Assembly: GCA_903860135.1 (NCBI GenBank)
Contig: CAIOPG010000004.1
Coordinates: 272,648 to 336,647, forward strand
Length of the DNA stretch: 64,000 nucleotides
Reading direction: 5' to 3'
Source of the DNA: Candidatus Omnitrophota bacterium
Lineage (GTDB): Bacteria; Omnitrophota; Gorgyraeia; Zapsychrales; Fredricksoniimonadaceae
Shown: positions 19,665 through 33,235 of the stretch, one piece after another
Numbering within the stretch: the first letter of the stretch is position 1
Layout of the letters: every line of letters begins with the position of its first letter
The notes under the pieces: generated by a model
The model's database searches: none
What the model saw: only the letters and a program-made list of their open reading frames with translations
Told to the model about the DNA's origin: nothing
Made by a program: the position numbers and the translations under genes

Positions 19665-19692
19665 ATTATATTTTTTCATCTCTCCACGTCAA
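19665..19692 (-). promoter_or_regulatory. sigma70 promoter for tRNA-Glu (and possibly mdh)
   Basis: TTGACG-16 nt-TATAAT. Confidence 0.7.
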
Positions 19693-19715
19693 GGGAAATA
19701 TAACATGCTGTCTTA

Positions 19716-22181
19716 TTATTCTTCTGCCGCGTCATCTTCGCGCGCCACCACATTGGCGATAGAAGCCACCGCGTCTCCGGTCTCGAGCATCACCAGCCGC
19801 ACCCCCATGGCACTGCGACCTGTCAGACGGACATCCGCCGGATTACAACGGATCATCATGCCCTGTTTGGTCATGGTCATCAGCTCGCCATCCTCATGCA
19901 CGACAAGCACGCTGACCACCTGACCATTCTTCGCCGTGCATTTCAAGTTGATGATACCCTTGCCACCGCGCGACTGCACGCGGTAATCTTCAAACTTCGA
20001 ACGCTTCGCATACCCCAGCGAGGCAACGGTCAATAGCGTATTGCCGGTCTTATCCGCATTCTGATCAAAAACGATCATGCCAACCACGGCGTCTTTAGAC
20101 GCCAGGCTGATGCCGCGCACGCCCCTGGCCCCGCGGCCGATATCGCGCAATTGCTGTTCCTGGAAGCGCAGGGATTTGCCCAAACGCGTTGCCAAAAGCA
20201 CATCCTTGTTGCCGTCGGATATTTCAACACCGATCAACACATCATCTTTATCCAGCGTGATGCCGATGATCCCGCCCTTGCGCGGATTGCTGAAGGCGGA
20301 AAGTTTCGTCTTCTTCACAACGCCGTGTGCCGTGGCCATCAGAAGGAACTGGTCGTCCTTGAATTCCTTGACCGCGACAATGGCCGTGATGTATTCATCT
20401 GACGAAAAAGATAAAAGATTAACAATGGCCTTGCCCTTGGACTGCCGGGAAGCCACCGGGATCTCGTACACCTTGAGCCAGCGGATAACGCCCTTGTTAG
20501 AAAAGATAAGAAGATAATCCTTGGACGAGGCCACGAACAGCCTTTCCACAAAATCTTCTTCTTTGGTTGTCATGCCGGTAACACCCTTGCCGCCACGCTT
20601 CTGCTTGCGGTAAGTCTGGACGGGAATGCGCTTGACATAACCCGTATTGGAGATCGTGATTGCCATGTCTTCCTCGGCAATCAGGTCTTCCATTTCTATC
20701 TCTTCGGCTTTCCCGGCAATTTCGGTGCGGCGAGGATCGCCAAATTTCGCCTTAAGGTCAGCCAATTCTTTTTTAATGATCGCATCGACCATGGCGGCAC
20801 TGGCAAGAATGGCACGGTAACCATCGATCGCCTTGAGCAATTCGTTGTATTCCGCGTCAATTTTATCGCGTTCCAGACCTGTCAGTTTCTGCAACTGCAT
20901 TTCCAGGATCGCCTGGGCCTGGATCTCGGTGAGGCCGAACAGCCTCATCAACGATGCCTTGGCCTCGGGTGTCGACGGGGACTTACGGATCGTCTGAATG
21001 ATCTCTTCTATGTTCTTTAGGGCGATGCGCAGGCCTTCGAGGATATGCGCGCGGCGCAGGGCTTTATCAAGATCAAATTGTGTGCGTTTGCGGATAACAA
21101 TACGACGATGATCAATATAATAATCCATCAACTGCTTGAGGTTGAGCACGCGCGGATTATTGTTCACTAAAGCAAGGTTGATAATACCAAACGTGGTCTC
21201 GAGCTGGGTGTGCTTGAACAAATAATTAAGGACAATTTGCGCTTCCACATCACGCCGCAATTCAATGACGATACGAATACCGTCCTTATCCGATTCATCG
21301 CGCAAGTCCGTAATACCGTCAACGGCTTTATTCTGCACCAACGAGGCAATGCTCGACACCAGGTTGGACTTATTCACCTGATATGGGATTTCGGTGATAA
21401 TAATAAAATCTTTGCCATTCTTTTGCTGTTCAATGGCAGCTTTGGCGCGAAGATTGATCTTGCCACGGCCCGTCATGTAAGCATCCCTGATGCCCTCCTT
21501 GCCGCAAATAATCCCGGCTGTCGGGAAATCCGGGCCCTTGACAAAACGCATCAGGTCCTTGATCTCGGCTTCAGGATTTTCGATCAGATGCACAACCCCG
21601 TCGATGATTTCGCCCAGGTTGTGCGGTGGCATATTCGTAGCCATACCAACGGCGATACCGCTGGAACCATTCACCAGCAAATTCGGCATCCCCGACGGAA
21701 GGATCGTCGGCTCTTCGAGCGTTGCGTCAAAATTTGGCGCAAATTTAACGGTTTCCTTATCAATGTCTGCCAGCATACTCTCGGTGATCGACGCCATGCG
21801 GGCTTCCGTGTAACGCATCGCGGCCGCCGCATCACCGTCAACCGACCCGAAGTTACCCTGACCATCAACCAACGGATAACGCAGGGAAAACTCCTGCACC
21901 ATGCGCACCATGGTTTCATACACCGCGGAGTCGCCGTGCGGATGGTATTTACCCAACACTTCACCGACGATACGCGCACTCTTCTTATAAGACTTGTTAT
22001 GCTCCAGATGCAACTCTTTCATCGCATACAGGACCCTGCGGTGCACAGGCTTCAAGCCGTCGCGGACATCCGGCAGGGCGCGCCCCACAATAACGCTCAT
22101 GGAATACGCCAGATAAGAGGACTTCATTTCCTCTTCAATGGCAACAGGAACGATCTTTTCTTTCTTAGTGAAATCTTTCAT
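19716..22181 (-). CDS. gyrA: DNA gyrase subunit A
   Basis: [15 protein letters not shown], GyrA box QKRGGKG. Confidence 0.98.
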   Translation of the reverse strand: MKDFTKKEKIVPVAIEEEMKSSYLAYSMSVIVGRALPDVRDGLKPVHRRVLYAMKELHLEHNKSYKKSARIVGEVLGKYHPHGDSAVYETMVRMVQEFSLRYPLVDGQGNFGSVDGDAAAAMRYTEARMASITESMLADIDKETVKFAPNFDATLEEPTILPSGMPNLLVNGSSGIAVGMATNMPPHNLGEIIDGVVHLIENPEAEIKDLMRFVKGPDFPTAGIICGKEGIRDAYMTGRGKINLRAKAAIEQQKNGKDFIIITEIPYQVNKSNLVSSIASLVQNKAVDGITDLRDESDKDGIRIVIELRRDVEAQIVLNYLFKHTQLETTFGIINLALVNNNPRVLNLKQLMDYYIDHRRIVIRKRTQFDLDKALRRAHILEGLRIALKNIEEIIQTIRKSPSTPEAKASLMRLFGLTEIQAQAILEMQLQKLTGLERDKIDAEYNELLKAIDGYRAILASAAMVDAIIKKELADLKAKFGDPRRTEIAGKAEEIEMEDLIAEEDMAITISNTGYVKRIPVQTYRKQKRGGKGVTGMTTKEEDFVERLFVASSKDYLLIFSNKGVIRWLKVYEIPVASRQSKGKAIVNLLSFSSDEYITAIVAVKEFKDDQFLLMATAHGVVKKTKLSAFSNPRKGGIIGITLDKDDVLIGVEISDGNKDVLLATRLGKSLRFQEQQLRDIGRGARGVRGISLASKDAVVGMIVFDQNADKTGNTLLTVASLGYAKRSKFEDYRVQSRGGKGIINLKCTAKNGQVVSVLVVHEDGELMTMTKQGMMIRCNPADVRLTGRSAMGVRLVMLETGDAVASIANVVAREDDAAEE

Positions 22182-22205
22182 CTATGAAACCTTTGTTAAA
22201 CAAGA

Positions 22206-24967
<2,762 letters not shown>

Positions 24968-24968
24968 A

Positions 24969-26057
24969 TTACAGGCGCATGGGCATCGCCATATACACAT
25001 AATTTTCTTTACGGATCACACACTTTGTGTCTTGCCCTGATAACTCAAGCTCCACTTCTGTATCCGTTATGTTTTTCAGGATATCCTGCATGTATTGTGG
25101 ATTATACCCCACCATCACTTCATTGCCGCCATAAACGATCGGCAATTCCTCACGGGACTCTCCAATATCGGGTGTTGTTTTTGTCACTATCAATTTATCT
25201 TTGAAAACTTCAAATTTTACTGCCTGATAATCAGGTATAGATAATAAATTGGCTCGACGGATAGCCGCCAGAAAATCCTGGGTGTTGATTCTAACTTTTA
25301 CAGCCGTTTCTTTGGGAATAACCTGTGAATAATTTGGAAAATCTCCTTCAATGATGCGTGTGGCAATTAAAACGCCATTGATATCAAACATCACCTGACT
25401 GGTTCCAGGAACAAACAGCACATCTCCAATATCTTTCAGATTTCTATTTATTTCAGCAACGGCTTTAATAGGTAATATAAAACTTACATCTTGTATTACA
25501 GGTTCCAGCAAAGCGCACTCCATTTTAGCCAAGCGACGACCATCGGTTGCCACTAGACGTAAAATATTTTTTGTGGCTTCCATTAATATACCATTAAGCA
25601 CATACCGTGATTCTTCATGAGAAACAGCAAACGCTGTCATACGAAACATTTCTTTTAGATCTGACTGTTTGATCTTAATGGCTTCTTTATCTTTAAATTC
25701 CGGGAATTTTGGAAATTCTTCTTTGGGCAAACCTAATAATTTAATATTGCAATGCTGACCTTCAATGTCAATTTGATTATTTTTTCGGGTATTGATTACC
25801 ACATCTCCACTGGGAAATTCACGAATAATATCGCTGAATCTTTTGGCTGGAATGGTAATAGCTCCATCCTCCATAATACTAACAGGGATCTCACAGCAAA
25901 TCCCTATATCAAGATCAGTTGTATATAAACATAATGTATCTTTTTTTGTTTCCAACAACATATTGGAAAGAATCGGCAGTGTGGCTTTTGATGAAACAAC
26001 ATTTTGAACAGTTTGGATTCCATAAAGCAGAGCTTCTTTAGTTATTTTAACCTTCAT
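24969..26057 (-). CDS. dnaN: DNA polymerase III beta clamp
   Basis: TLPILSN, VATDGRRLA, C-terminal MPMRL; AAAGGAG RBS. Confidence 0.97.
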   Translation of the reverse strand: MKVKITKEALLYGIQTVQNVVSSKATLPILSNMLLETKKDTLCLYTTDLDIGICCEIPVSIMEDGAITIPAKRFSDIIREFPSGDVVINTRKNNQIDIEGQHCNIKLLGLPKEEFPKFPEFKDKEAIKIKQSDLKEMFRMTAFAVSHEESRYVLNGILMEATKNILRLVATDGRRLAKMECALLEPVIQDVSFILPIKAVAEINRNLKDIGDVLFVPGTSQVMFDINGVLIATRIIEGDFPNYSQVIPKETAVKVRINTQDFLAAIRRANLLSIPDYQAVKFEVFKDKLIVTKTTPDIGESREELPIVYGGNEVMVGYNPQYMQDILKNITDTEVELELSGQDTKCVIRKENYVYMAMPMRL

Positions 26058-26058
26058 G

Positions 26059-26208
26059 TTATACACAACTCCTTTATTTCTCTATTTAAAAACACGTTTA
26101 GTAATAATGGTTATAGGTGCTGTGAATATTTTAATAAGTTCAAAAACTATTCAAACATAACGAGTTGTAAAATATATACATTGTGGATAACTTGCAACAT
26201 ACGGTGAA
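26059..26208. other. oriC: oriC candidate (dnaA-dnaN intergenic region) with DnaA boxes
   Basis: TGTGGATAA at 26182-26190, TTATACACA at 26059-26067, AT-rich; coding-strand switch nearby. Confidence 0.7.
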
Positions 26209-27561
26209 CTATTGTTTAAGAATCACCGTTAGCTTATCAATAATATACTTTATTTCACTGTTTTTACTAAGGTTTTCCTCAACTTTTTTACAGGCGTATA
26301 AAACAGTTGTATGATCTTTGCCTCCAAAAGCTTTGCCTATTTCAAGAAGAGAGTGGCGCGTTAAAGTTCGTGTTAAATACATGGCAATTTGCCGCGGAAA
26401 AACAAAAGTTTTTGTTCTTTTGGAACTTTTTAGGTCATTAATATTTAATTTGAAATGATCACAAATGATTTGTTGAACCATTTCAACACTGATAATTTTA
26501 GTTGTTTCCTGAACCATATTTTTTAATACTATTTGTGCTAACAGCATCGTGATTGGCTTTTCCTGAAGGATGGAACTTGCCACAACACGAATAAGGGCAC
26601 CTTCAAGTTCACGTATATTGGTTTTGATTTGTTCAGCAATAAAATATACAACCTCATCTGGAACATGCACATTTTCCAGTTCAAGTTTTTTACGCAAAAT
26701 GGCCACACGATTTTCAAAATCGGGCGGTTGTATATCAACTGTCAAGCCCCATAAGAAACGTGTGACAAGGCGCTCTTCCAGGTCGGAAATTTCTTTGGGA
26801 GGCCGGTCGGAACTGATAACGATCTGTTTACGGTTATCATGCATAGCGTTAAAAGTATGAAAAAATTCTTCCTGAGTTGAACGTTTTCCGGCAATAAATT
26901 GAATATCGTCAATAAGAAGGATGTCGACATTGCGGTATTTTTGTTTAAATTCATTGGTTGTTTTATGATGAATGGATTCAATTAGCTCATTGGTGAACTG
27001 TTCCGACGTTAAATAAACGCATTGGGCAACAGGATTCATGCGTAATACTTCATGCACAAGTGCTTGCATCAAATGTGTTTTTCCGAGACCAGACTGACCA
27101 TAAATGAATAAAGGATTGTAAGCTTTGGCCGGTGCATTGGCAACGGCCTGACTGGCGCGGCAGGCCATTTGATTGGATGACCCAATAACAAAATTTTCAA
27201 ACGTTAGGCGTGGATTAAGATTTGATCTGCCGGGTTTTTTTATAGAAGAAAAAGCCGGTGGTGTTGCTAAAGGGATTGCAATAGCGGGAACATGTTGTTG
27301 ATGAGCCAATGCTTCAAAAGGAACAACCCGTGTTTCGATTTGAATATTTTTTTGTGTATGTGTTTTCAGGATTTCTTGAATCGTATCAAAATAATGTTCT
27401 ACAACCCAATTTTTAAAGAATTCATCTGGGGTTATTAAAGTAAGGGTGTTTTCAGCTTCAGAAACCACATGAAAGTTTGAAAACCACGATAGGTAAGCAC
27501 TATCCCCTATTTTCTGACGAATTTCAGTTTGAGCTTCAGTCCAGACTTTAAGGGTATCCAT
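26209..27561 (-). CDS. dnaA: chromosomal replication initiator DnaA
   Basis: YNPLFIYGQSGLGKTHL, QEEFFHTFN, NIRELEGAL, GGKDHTTV; probable start at ATG 27561. Confidence 0.98.
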   Translation of the reverse strand: MDTLKVWTEAQTEIRQKIGDSAYLSWFSNFHVVSEAENTLTLITPDEFFKNWVVEHYFDTIQEILKTHTQKNIQIETRVVPFEALAHQQHVPAIAIPLATPPAFSSIKKPGRSNLNPRLTFENFVIGSSNQMACRASQAVANAPAKAYNPLFIYGQSGLGKTHLMQALVHEVLRMNPVAQCVYLTSEQFTNELIESIHHKTTNEFKQKYRNVDILLIDDIQFIAGKRSTQEEFFHTFNAMHDNRKQIVISSDRPPKEISDLEERLVTRFLWGLTVDIQPPDFENRVAILRKKLELENVHVPDEVVYFIAEQIKTNIRELEGALIRVVASSILQEKPITMLLAQIVLKNMVQETTKIISVEMVQQIICDHFKLNINDLKSSKRTKTFVFPRQIAMYLTRTLTRHSLLEIGKAFGGKDHTTVLYACKKVEENLSKNSEIKYIIDKLTVILKQ

Positions 27562-27655
27562 AATACCAGATATTCTTTCTATAGTGGAACATATCAAAAC
27601 ACATAAGTCTAATCAAATTAACAACATAGGCGTTTACTAAAAAACAATTAACAAG

Positions 27656-27664
27656 TTATCCACA
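27656..27664 (+). promoter_or_regulatory. perfect DnaA box upstream of dnaA
   Basis: TTATCCACA. Confidence 0.85.
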
Positions 27665-27840
27665 GGTGTTAAAATCTTTACGTTGTTGTTTTTGAATATG
27701 TATCATTTAGTTTGGAAGTAGGATTATCTTTTTGCTATAAAAATCAAATTTTGGTTATTATAGCAAAGAACATTTCAATTTCAATGTCATTCTTCCTGAC
27801 CGTCTCAATTCTTGGGTTTGATAATTCAGAATACAGGCTA

Positions 27841-27868
27841 TTGACTTCACAAGAGCGTGTGTTATAAT
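27841..27868 (+). promoter_or_regulatory. sigma70 promoter of the rpmH operon
   Basis: TTGACT-16 nt-TATAAT with an extended -10 TG; only 10 nt between the -10 and the rpmH ATG. Confidence 0.75.
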
Positions 27869-27878
27869 TTGACCCATT

Positions 27879-28016
27879 ATGAAAAAAACATTAAAAACAC
27901 CCACAAAGATCAAAGGTAAAAAAACACACGGCTTCCGTACACGTATGGCGACAGCAGATGGTCGCAAGGTGTTGTCGAAAAGGCGTGCCAAAGGTCGCAA
28001 GCGTTTAGCCGTTTAA
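27879..28016 (+). CDS. rpmH: 50S ribosomal protein L34 (not in the ORF track)
   Basis: Translated by hand: [45 protein letters not shown]. Confidence 0.97.
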   Translation: MKKTLKTPTKIKGKKTHGFRTRMATADGRKVLSKRRAKGRKRLAV

Positions 28017-28034
28017 CTGACAGCTGTCACGTTT

Positions 28035-28235
28035 ATGATCTGTTTTTTAATCAGGACCTATCAGACCGCGAGCAGGTTGTTTCTTCCTAAAGCTTGCCGT
28101 TTTTATCCGTCTTGTTCAGCATATACGTTAGAGGCTATTCAAAAATACGGCACCTGCAAAGGCCTGAGGGTGGGGTTTCTCCGTATTTTAAAATGTTCCC
28201 CATTTTCACGCGGGGGCTATGACCCGGTAAGGTGA
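28035..28235 (+). CDS. yidD: membrane protein insertion efficiency factor YidD
   Basis: CRFYPSCSAY...RILKCSPF..GGYDPV. Confidence 0.95.
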   Translation: MICFLIRTYQTASRLFLPKACRFYPSCSAYTLEAIQKYGTCKGLRVGFLRILKCSPFSRGGYDPVR

Positions 28236-28239
28236 TTGT

Positions 28240-29847
28240 ATGGAAAAAAGGTTTTTTCTTGCGGCTGTTTTATCATTAGGTGTTCTTTTTGGTTTTCAAT
28301 CATTTTTTGGGCCAGCGAATAAAAAAGCTCAGCCATCTGCACCTACCCCTCCTTCACTGACCTCTTTTGAAAAAAGCATTGTTCCCGATCCGTTGAACGT
28401 TACCACATCTTTAGCGGAGATTGCCAAAGACACGGCTTCTTTTAATGAAAAAAACATCACATTGGAGAACAAACATTACCAGGTTGAACTGACAAACAGG
28501 GGGGCCAATGTTTCACGGCTTATATTAAAGGAATACGCGTATTCGCTCCCTGTTAGAAACTTGGCTACCCTCGATGCGTTTGATAACCTACCCTTCGCGT
28601 TTGATTTGATTGATAAAAATAAGCTTAAAAGTACACACCAAGGTGACGGATGGTTAGTTGAAAAAGATATCACATTAAATGATAATTTTACGATCAGTAC
28701 CACTATCGTTGTAAAGAATACAGCCACAGTTCCACAAAATTTTATTTCAAAAAGCACAAATATTCTTGTGGACATGAACAGACTGGACAAAAGCAATGTC
28801 CAGTCTGATATGACTTTATTTGAATATGTATTTAAATCAGATAAAAAATTCATCCGTAAAAATAATGTTTCAAATTTTAATGAAAAGTGGAATAAACAAG
28901 AAACATTAAATATTAATTGGGTCGCTTTCAGAGATAAATATTTCGTTGTTCTTGTTCAACCCAAACAAGAAGAAATGAACTATGCAACAAACTTTATTTC
29001 TCCAAAAGAACTTGTCCTAGGCACGCAAAATGAAATAAAAACGGTTGCCCCTGGTCAAACCATCATATATGAGTATAAGATTTTCGCCGGCCCGCAAAAG
29101 TTGGATGTTCTAAAAAATGCCAATAATGGGTTTGAGAAGGTTTTAGTTTTTAGCGATTGGGGTTGGCTCGACGCCGTATCCAAAGCCATTTATTGGATGC
29201 TCGGCGCTATGCACAAGATTGTGCCCAATTGGGGTATCTGCATCATATTTATAAGTCTTTTTGTTTATGGAATTATGTACCCTTTGACTTTAAAAAGTCT
29301 TCTTTCGATGAAGAAGCTTCAAGCACTACAGCCAAAAATGAAAGAACTGCAAGAAAAATATAAAAACAACCAGGAGCGTTTGAGCAAAGAAATCATGGAG
29401 TTGTACAAGGTTAACCAGGTTAATCCTTTGGGCGGCTGTTTACCCATGATCTTGCAAATGCCCATTTTTGTTGGTTTATATCAGGTGCTCTGGCGTTCTG
29501 TTTACTTTCGTGGTGAAAGTTTTCTTTGGATTAAAGATTTATCTATGCCCGATCACACCATTAAACTTCCGTTTACTATTCCTTTTTTAGGAGAATACGT
29601 AAATATTTTGCCTATCCTCATGATTATCATTATGGGAATTCAGCAAAAGTTGAATCTGCAATCGAATAGCACGGGAACAGAAGAGCAGGTTTCACAGCAA
29701 AAAATGATGGCGGTCATGCTCCCTATTCTTATTGGGTTCATCTTCTATAATATGGCCAGCGGTCTAAATCTTTATTTTGTGGTGTTTTATATATTGTCCA
29801 CACTGAGCCAATGGCACATTTCAAAAGACGTGAAAGCCATTGTTTAG
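28240..29847 (+). CDS. yidC: membrane protein insertase YidC
   Basis: LQPKMKELQEKY, NPLGGCLP, FLWIKDLSMPD. Confidence 0.97.
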   Translation: MEKRFFLAAVLSLGVLFGFQSFFGPANKKAQPSAPTPPSLTSFEKSIVPDPLNVTTSLAEIAKDTASFNEKNITLENKHYQVELTNRGANVSRLILKEYAYSLPVRNLATLDAFDNLPFAFDLIDKNKLKSTHQGDGWLVEKDITLNDNFTISTTIVVKNTATVPQNFISKSTNILVDMNRLDKSNVQSDMTLFEYVFKSDKKFIRKNNVSNFNEKWNKQETLNINWVAFRDKYFVVLVQPKQEEMNYATNFISPKELVLGTQNEIKTVAPGQTIIYEYKIFAGPQKLDVLKNANNGFEKVLVFSDWGWLDAVSKAIYWMLGAMHKIVPNWGICIIFISLFVYGIMYPLTLKSLLSMKKLQALQPKMKELQEKYKNNQERLSKEIMELYKVNQVNPLGGCLPMILQMPIFVGLYQVLWRSVYFRGESFLWIKDLSMPDHTIKLPFTIPFLGEYVNILPILMIIIMGIQQKLNLQSNSTGTEEQVSQQKMMAVMLPILIGFIFYNMASGLNLYFVVFYILSTLSQWHISKDVKAIV

Positions 29848-29848
29848 T

Positions 29849-30034
29849 ATGGCTGTAATGTCCAAGTCCGTTGAGTTTGAAGGCAAGACATTAGAAATCG
29901 CTATAAAAAAAGCGGAAGATATGTTCAATGTTTCACGTGAAACATTGGATATTAAGGTTGTTTGTGAAGAACAGCGCGGACTGTTTGGTATGGAAGGCGC
30001 TAAATTAGCCAAAATCAAGGCCAAGCGTAAATAA
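29849..30034 (+). CDS. jag: stand-alone Jag N-terminal domain protein
   Basis: EFEGKTLEIAI...V.EE..GLFG...AKIK is Jag_N; KH and R3H domains absent. Confidence 0.8.
   Translation: MAVMSKSVEFEGKTLEIAIKKAEDMFNVSRETLDIKVVCEEQRGLFGMEGAKLAKIKAKRK
29929..29944. other. parS: parS site (perfect)
   Basis: TGTTTCACGTGAAACA within a 22-bp palindrome (29926-29947) inside the jag CDS. Confidence 0.9.
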
Positions 30035-30065
30035 TATTTTTTAGATTTTTTACAAACAGTTAAAT

Positions 30066-30081
30066 AGTTTCACGTGGAACA
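30066..30081. other. parS: parS site
   Basis: AGTTTCACGTGGAACA, 15/16 match to TGTTTCACGTGGAACA, upstream of parA. Confidence 0.8.
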
Positions 30082-30242
30082 CCACTCTAAGCACGTGTTA
30101 TTAATAAGAATATAATATAGACAAAACAGCGCGTTTCTCAAGTACAGGATCACTGAAAGCAAGTTGAGAATAAAATACATGTTTATGTGTGCGGCAACGT
30201 CGGGAAATAAAGGCTAATACACAATCCGGGGTTAAGGCGCGT

Positions 30243-31028
30243 ATGGCTAAAATCATTACGATTTGCAATCAAAAAGGTGGCACAGGAAAGACAACAACCG
30301 CGGTTAATTTATCAGCGGCCTTGGCTGACTGCGGTAAAAAGGTTTTACTTGTAGATATGGACCCGCAGGGTAATGCTACCAGCGGGGTGGGTATCAACAA
30401 GAACGAGATAAAACACTCCGCTTACGAAGTTCTACTACACAAAATACAAGCCCCCCAGGCTATTCTTAAAACAGCGAACACCAAGCTAGATGTTATTCCT
30501 TGCAACATTCATCTTACAGGTGCTGAAATTGAGCTTGTTGGGGTATTATCGAGGGAAAATCGGCTGAAGAAGGCCCTTATTGAAGTGCGGTCGCAGTATG
30601 ATTATATTTTATTAGATTCACCCCCATCGTTAGGTTTACTCACGTTAAATGCATTGGTCGCTGCGGATTCGATCATTATCCCTATTCAGTGTGAGTTTTA
30701 TGCCTTGGAAGGCGTTTCACAGTTGCTCAATACTATTGGTCTTGTCCGAGATGGTCTTAACTCAAATCTTGAAATCGAGGGTGTGCTATTAACCATGGCA
30801 GACATTAGAACAAATTTAAGTGTTGAGGTTATTAATGAAATCCGAAATTATTTTAAAGAAAAAGTTTATCAGGCAATCATCCCGCGCAACATTCGTTTAA
30901 GTGAAGCACCAAGCCACGGTAAGCCGATCAATGCGTACGATCCGTCTTCTATCGGAGCCAAGAAATATGCTGAATTGGCAGAAGAAGTGATACGAAGAAA
31001 TAATCCGACGGCGATATTGTCCAAATAG
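30243..31028 (+). CDS. parA: chromosome partitioning ATPase ParA/Soj
   Basis: NQKGGTGKTTT, DMDPQGNA, DSPPSLG, IPRNIRLSEAPSHG. Confidence 0.97.
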   Translation: MAKIITICNQKGGTGKTTTAVNLSAALADCGKKVLLVDMDPQGNATSGVGINKNEIKHSAYEVLLHKIQAPQAILKTANTKLDVIPCNIHLTGAEIELVGVLSRENRLKKALIEVRSQYDYILLDSPPSLGLLTLNALVAADSIIIPIQCEFYALEGVSQLLNTIGLVRDGLNSNLEIEGVLLTMADIRTNLSVEVINEIRNYFKEKVYQAIIPRNIRLSEAPSHGKPINAYDPSSIGAKKYAELAEEVIRRNNPTAILSK

Positions 31029-31077
31029 CACTTGTACAAATGTCCAATAAATACGTCCAATCTGATAAGGTGAGAAT

Positions 31078-31926
31078 ATGGCATTAGGTCGTGGTCTTTC
31101 TGCGTTAATCGCCGAAAGAAAAGAAGTTCCGCCAGCGTCTACAGGTCAGTTGCACGTTGATATTGCACTGATCAATGACAATCGGTTTCAACCGCGCCAG
31201 ACGTATGATATTGCTAAAATTGATGAATTGGCGGCTTCTATTAAGGATCAAGGGTTGTTGCAGCCCTTGGTGGTTAGGCCGATTGATCATGGGTTTGAGG
31301 TGGTGGCTGGTGAGCGTCGTTTGAAGGCGGCGCGCAAGCTAGGCTTGTTGCAGGTGCCGGTGATCGTGCGTGACGTTACCGATCAGGAGGCACTGGTTTT
31401 AGCTTTGGTTGAAAATCTTCAGCGTGAGGAGTTAAATCCCATTGAAGAGGCGGAAAGTTTTCGGCGTCTGGTAGATGAGTTTCAGCAGTCCCAAGAAGAC
31501 GTGGCGCGCCTGGTCAGCAAAGATCGTGCCACCGTAGCCAATCTTTTGCGTTTATTGAAGTTGCCCAAAGACATACAGCGAGCCGTGTCCGACGGACGTA
31601 TTTCCGCGGGTCATGCGCGGGCTATCCTTGCCGTAGATTCAGCGGAACGTCAGCGCGAAATTTTCACCCGCATCCTTGACGAAAAACTTTCGGTGCGCGA
31701 AGCCGAAGCGTTGACAAAAGCCGATGCAGCGCAAGTGATTGCGAAAGATAAGCATAAGTTAAAGCCTTTGAAAGACCCTGAAATAGCAGCCCTTGAAACG
31801 GAATTGCGTGGCATCTTTGGAGTCAAAGTTCAGGTGTGCAATGCGCGCGGCAATAAGGGGAAAGTGGTGATAGAGTATTATTCGCTCGATGATCTTGACC
31901 GTATATTAGAGGTGGTGCGTCGATGA
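31078..31926 (+). CDS. parB: chromosome partitioning protein ParB/Spo0J
   Basis: ALGRGLSALI, FQPR, AGERRLKA, ENLQREELNPIEEA. Confidence 0.97.
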   Translation: MALGRGLSALIAERKEVPPASTGQLHVDIALINDNRFQPRQTYDIAKIDELAASIKDQGLLQPLVVRPIDHGFEVVAGERRLKAARKLGLLQVPVIVRDVTDQEALVLALVENLQREELNPIEEAESFRRLVDEFQQSQEDVARLVSKDRATVANLLRLLKLPKDIQRAVSDGRISAGHARAILAVDSAERQREIFTRILDEKLSVREAEALTKADAAQVIAKDKHKLKPLKDPEIAALETELRGIFGVKVQVCNARGNKGKVVIEYYSLDDLDRILEVVRR

Positions 31927-32417
31927 AGGAGAATATCCTTGTTATTGTGAAGCCTGATGGCATGGTTAAGGGGCACGCGGGGCATGTGTTGACGCGTTTT
32001 GAGGAAACCGACCTTAAACTTGTTGGAGCACGGGTTGTTAAGGTGACGCGTGAGCTGGCCGAGGCGCATTATTTCCAGCTACGCGAAAAACCGTTCTTTG
32101 ATGAGCTCATTCATTTTTTGATGGGCGATCTGCACAATCATCAAGACATGGTGCTGGCGATGGCTTTTACGGGCGAAGACGCGGTCAAGAAGGGGCGTCA
32201 GATCGCCGGAGCCACTAATCCTGAGTTGGCTGACCCTCATTCGATCAGGGGCAGTATGGGGCGCGTAACGACCAAGGGTGTTTTTGAAAATGTCATCCAC
32301 GTCTCTTCTGATACAAACGAAGGGGAGCGCGAGATCAAACTATGGTTCACCCCCGAAGAAGTCGCCTTGGCACTTTTTTCGGTGGCAACATCAGGTCACA
32401 GAAAGGTTTGGGCATGA
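31923..32417 (+). CDS. ndk: nucleoside diphosphate kinase
   Basis: VKPDG, GATNP, NVIHVSS. Confidence 0.93.
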   Translation: MKENILVIVKPDGMVKGHAGHVLTRFEETDLKLVGARVVKVTRELAEAHYFQLREKPFFDELIHFLMGDLHNHQDMVLAMAFTGEDAVKKGRQIAGATNPELADPHSIRGSMGRVTTKGVFENVIHVSSDTNEGEREIKLWFTPEEVALALFSVATSGHRKVWA

Positions 32418-33235
32418 TCACAGGAATGACAGGTTTTGGCGCCGCAGGGTTTGCCATTGGCAGGATCAAGGGGCAGATCGAGATCAAGAGTGTCAATCAC
32501 CGTTATTTAGACATTGCTTTTTATTTACCGTTGGGTTGCGGGATGATGGAAAACAAGATCCGTGAAATGCTCGCCAAGGTTATTTCTCGCGGGAGGATCA
32601 CAGTGTCGGTGCGCATTACGGACAAACCATCCCAGACCGTGTCTTTCAACGAGGATCTGATTGAAGAATACCTGCGCCATGCGCGCAGTATTGAAAAGAA
32701 ATATAAATTATCTAATAATCTAACACTTGCTGACCTTATCCGCATGCCGGGGATCGTTGATGTCAAGGAAGTGTTTATCGAGGCGGAGCAGTTGTGGCCG
32801 GCGGTTGAAAAGGGCTTGTTGGCGGCGATCAAAGGCTTTAAGGTCATGCGCCAGCGCGAGGGCAAGAGCCTGACAGCAGACATCGACGACAAACTCAAGC
32901 GCATGACTGCCAAGCTTAAGGCAATACAGAAACAGCACGATGATCTTTTAAAGGCTTACAGCAAGGCGAACAAACCCGAAGATTTTGCCTCATACCAGAA
33001 GAGCATCGACGTCAATGAGGAGATCAAGCGCTTCACGCATTATATCGCTGAAATGCGCGCGCTCCTGAAAGCTGCGGATCCTTCGGGCAAGAAAATGGAT
33101 TTTATCGCCCAGGAAATGCAGCGTGAGACCAATACGCTTGGATCCAAGCTTCAAGACCAGATGGTGTCCAACGCCGTCATTGCCTTAAAGAGCAAGATCG
33201 AAAAGATCCGCGAACAGGCCAACAACGTCGAGTGA
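32414..33235 (+). CDS. yicC: YicC/YloC family endoribonuclease
   Basis: MTGFG, SVNHRYLD, QEMQRETNTLGSK, EKIREQANNVE. Confidence 0.93.
   Translation: MITGMTGFGAAGFAIGRIKGQIEIKSVNHRYLDIAFYLPLGCGMMENKIREMLAKVISRGRITVSVRITDKPSQTVSFNEDLIEEYLRHARSIEKKYKLSNNLTLADLIRMPGIVDVKEVFIEAEQLWPAVEKGLLAAIKGFKVMRQREGKSLTADIDDKLKRMTAKLKAIQKQHDDLLKAYSKANKPEDFASYQKSIDVNEEIKRFTHYIAEMRALLKAADPSGKKMDFIAQEMQRETNTLGSKLQDQMVSNAVIALKSKIEKIREQANNVE

Noticed and set aside
21210-22187. 325-aa plus-strand ORF
   Set aside because: Antisense shadow of gyrA with no recognisable motifs. The same applies to the long antisense ORFs over thrS, pheS, rny and glnS.
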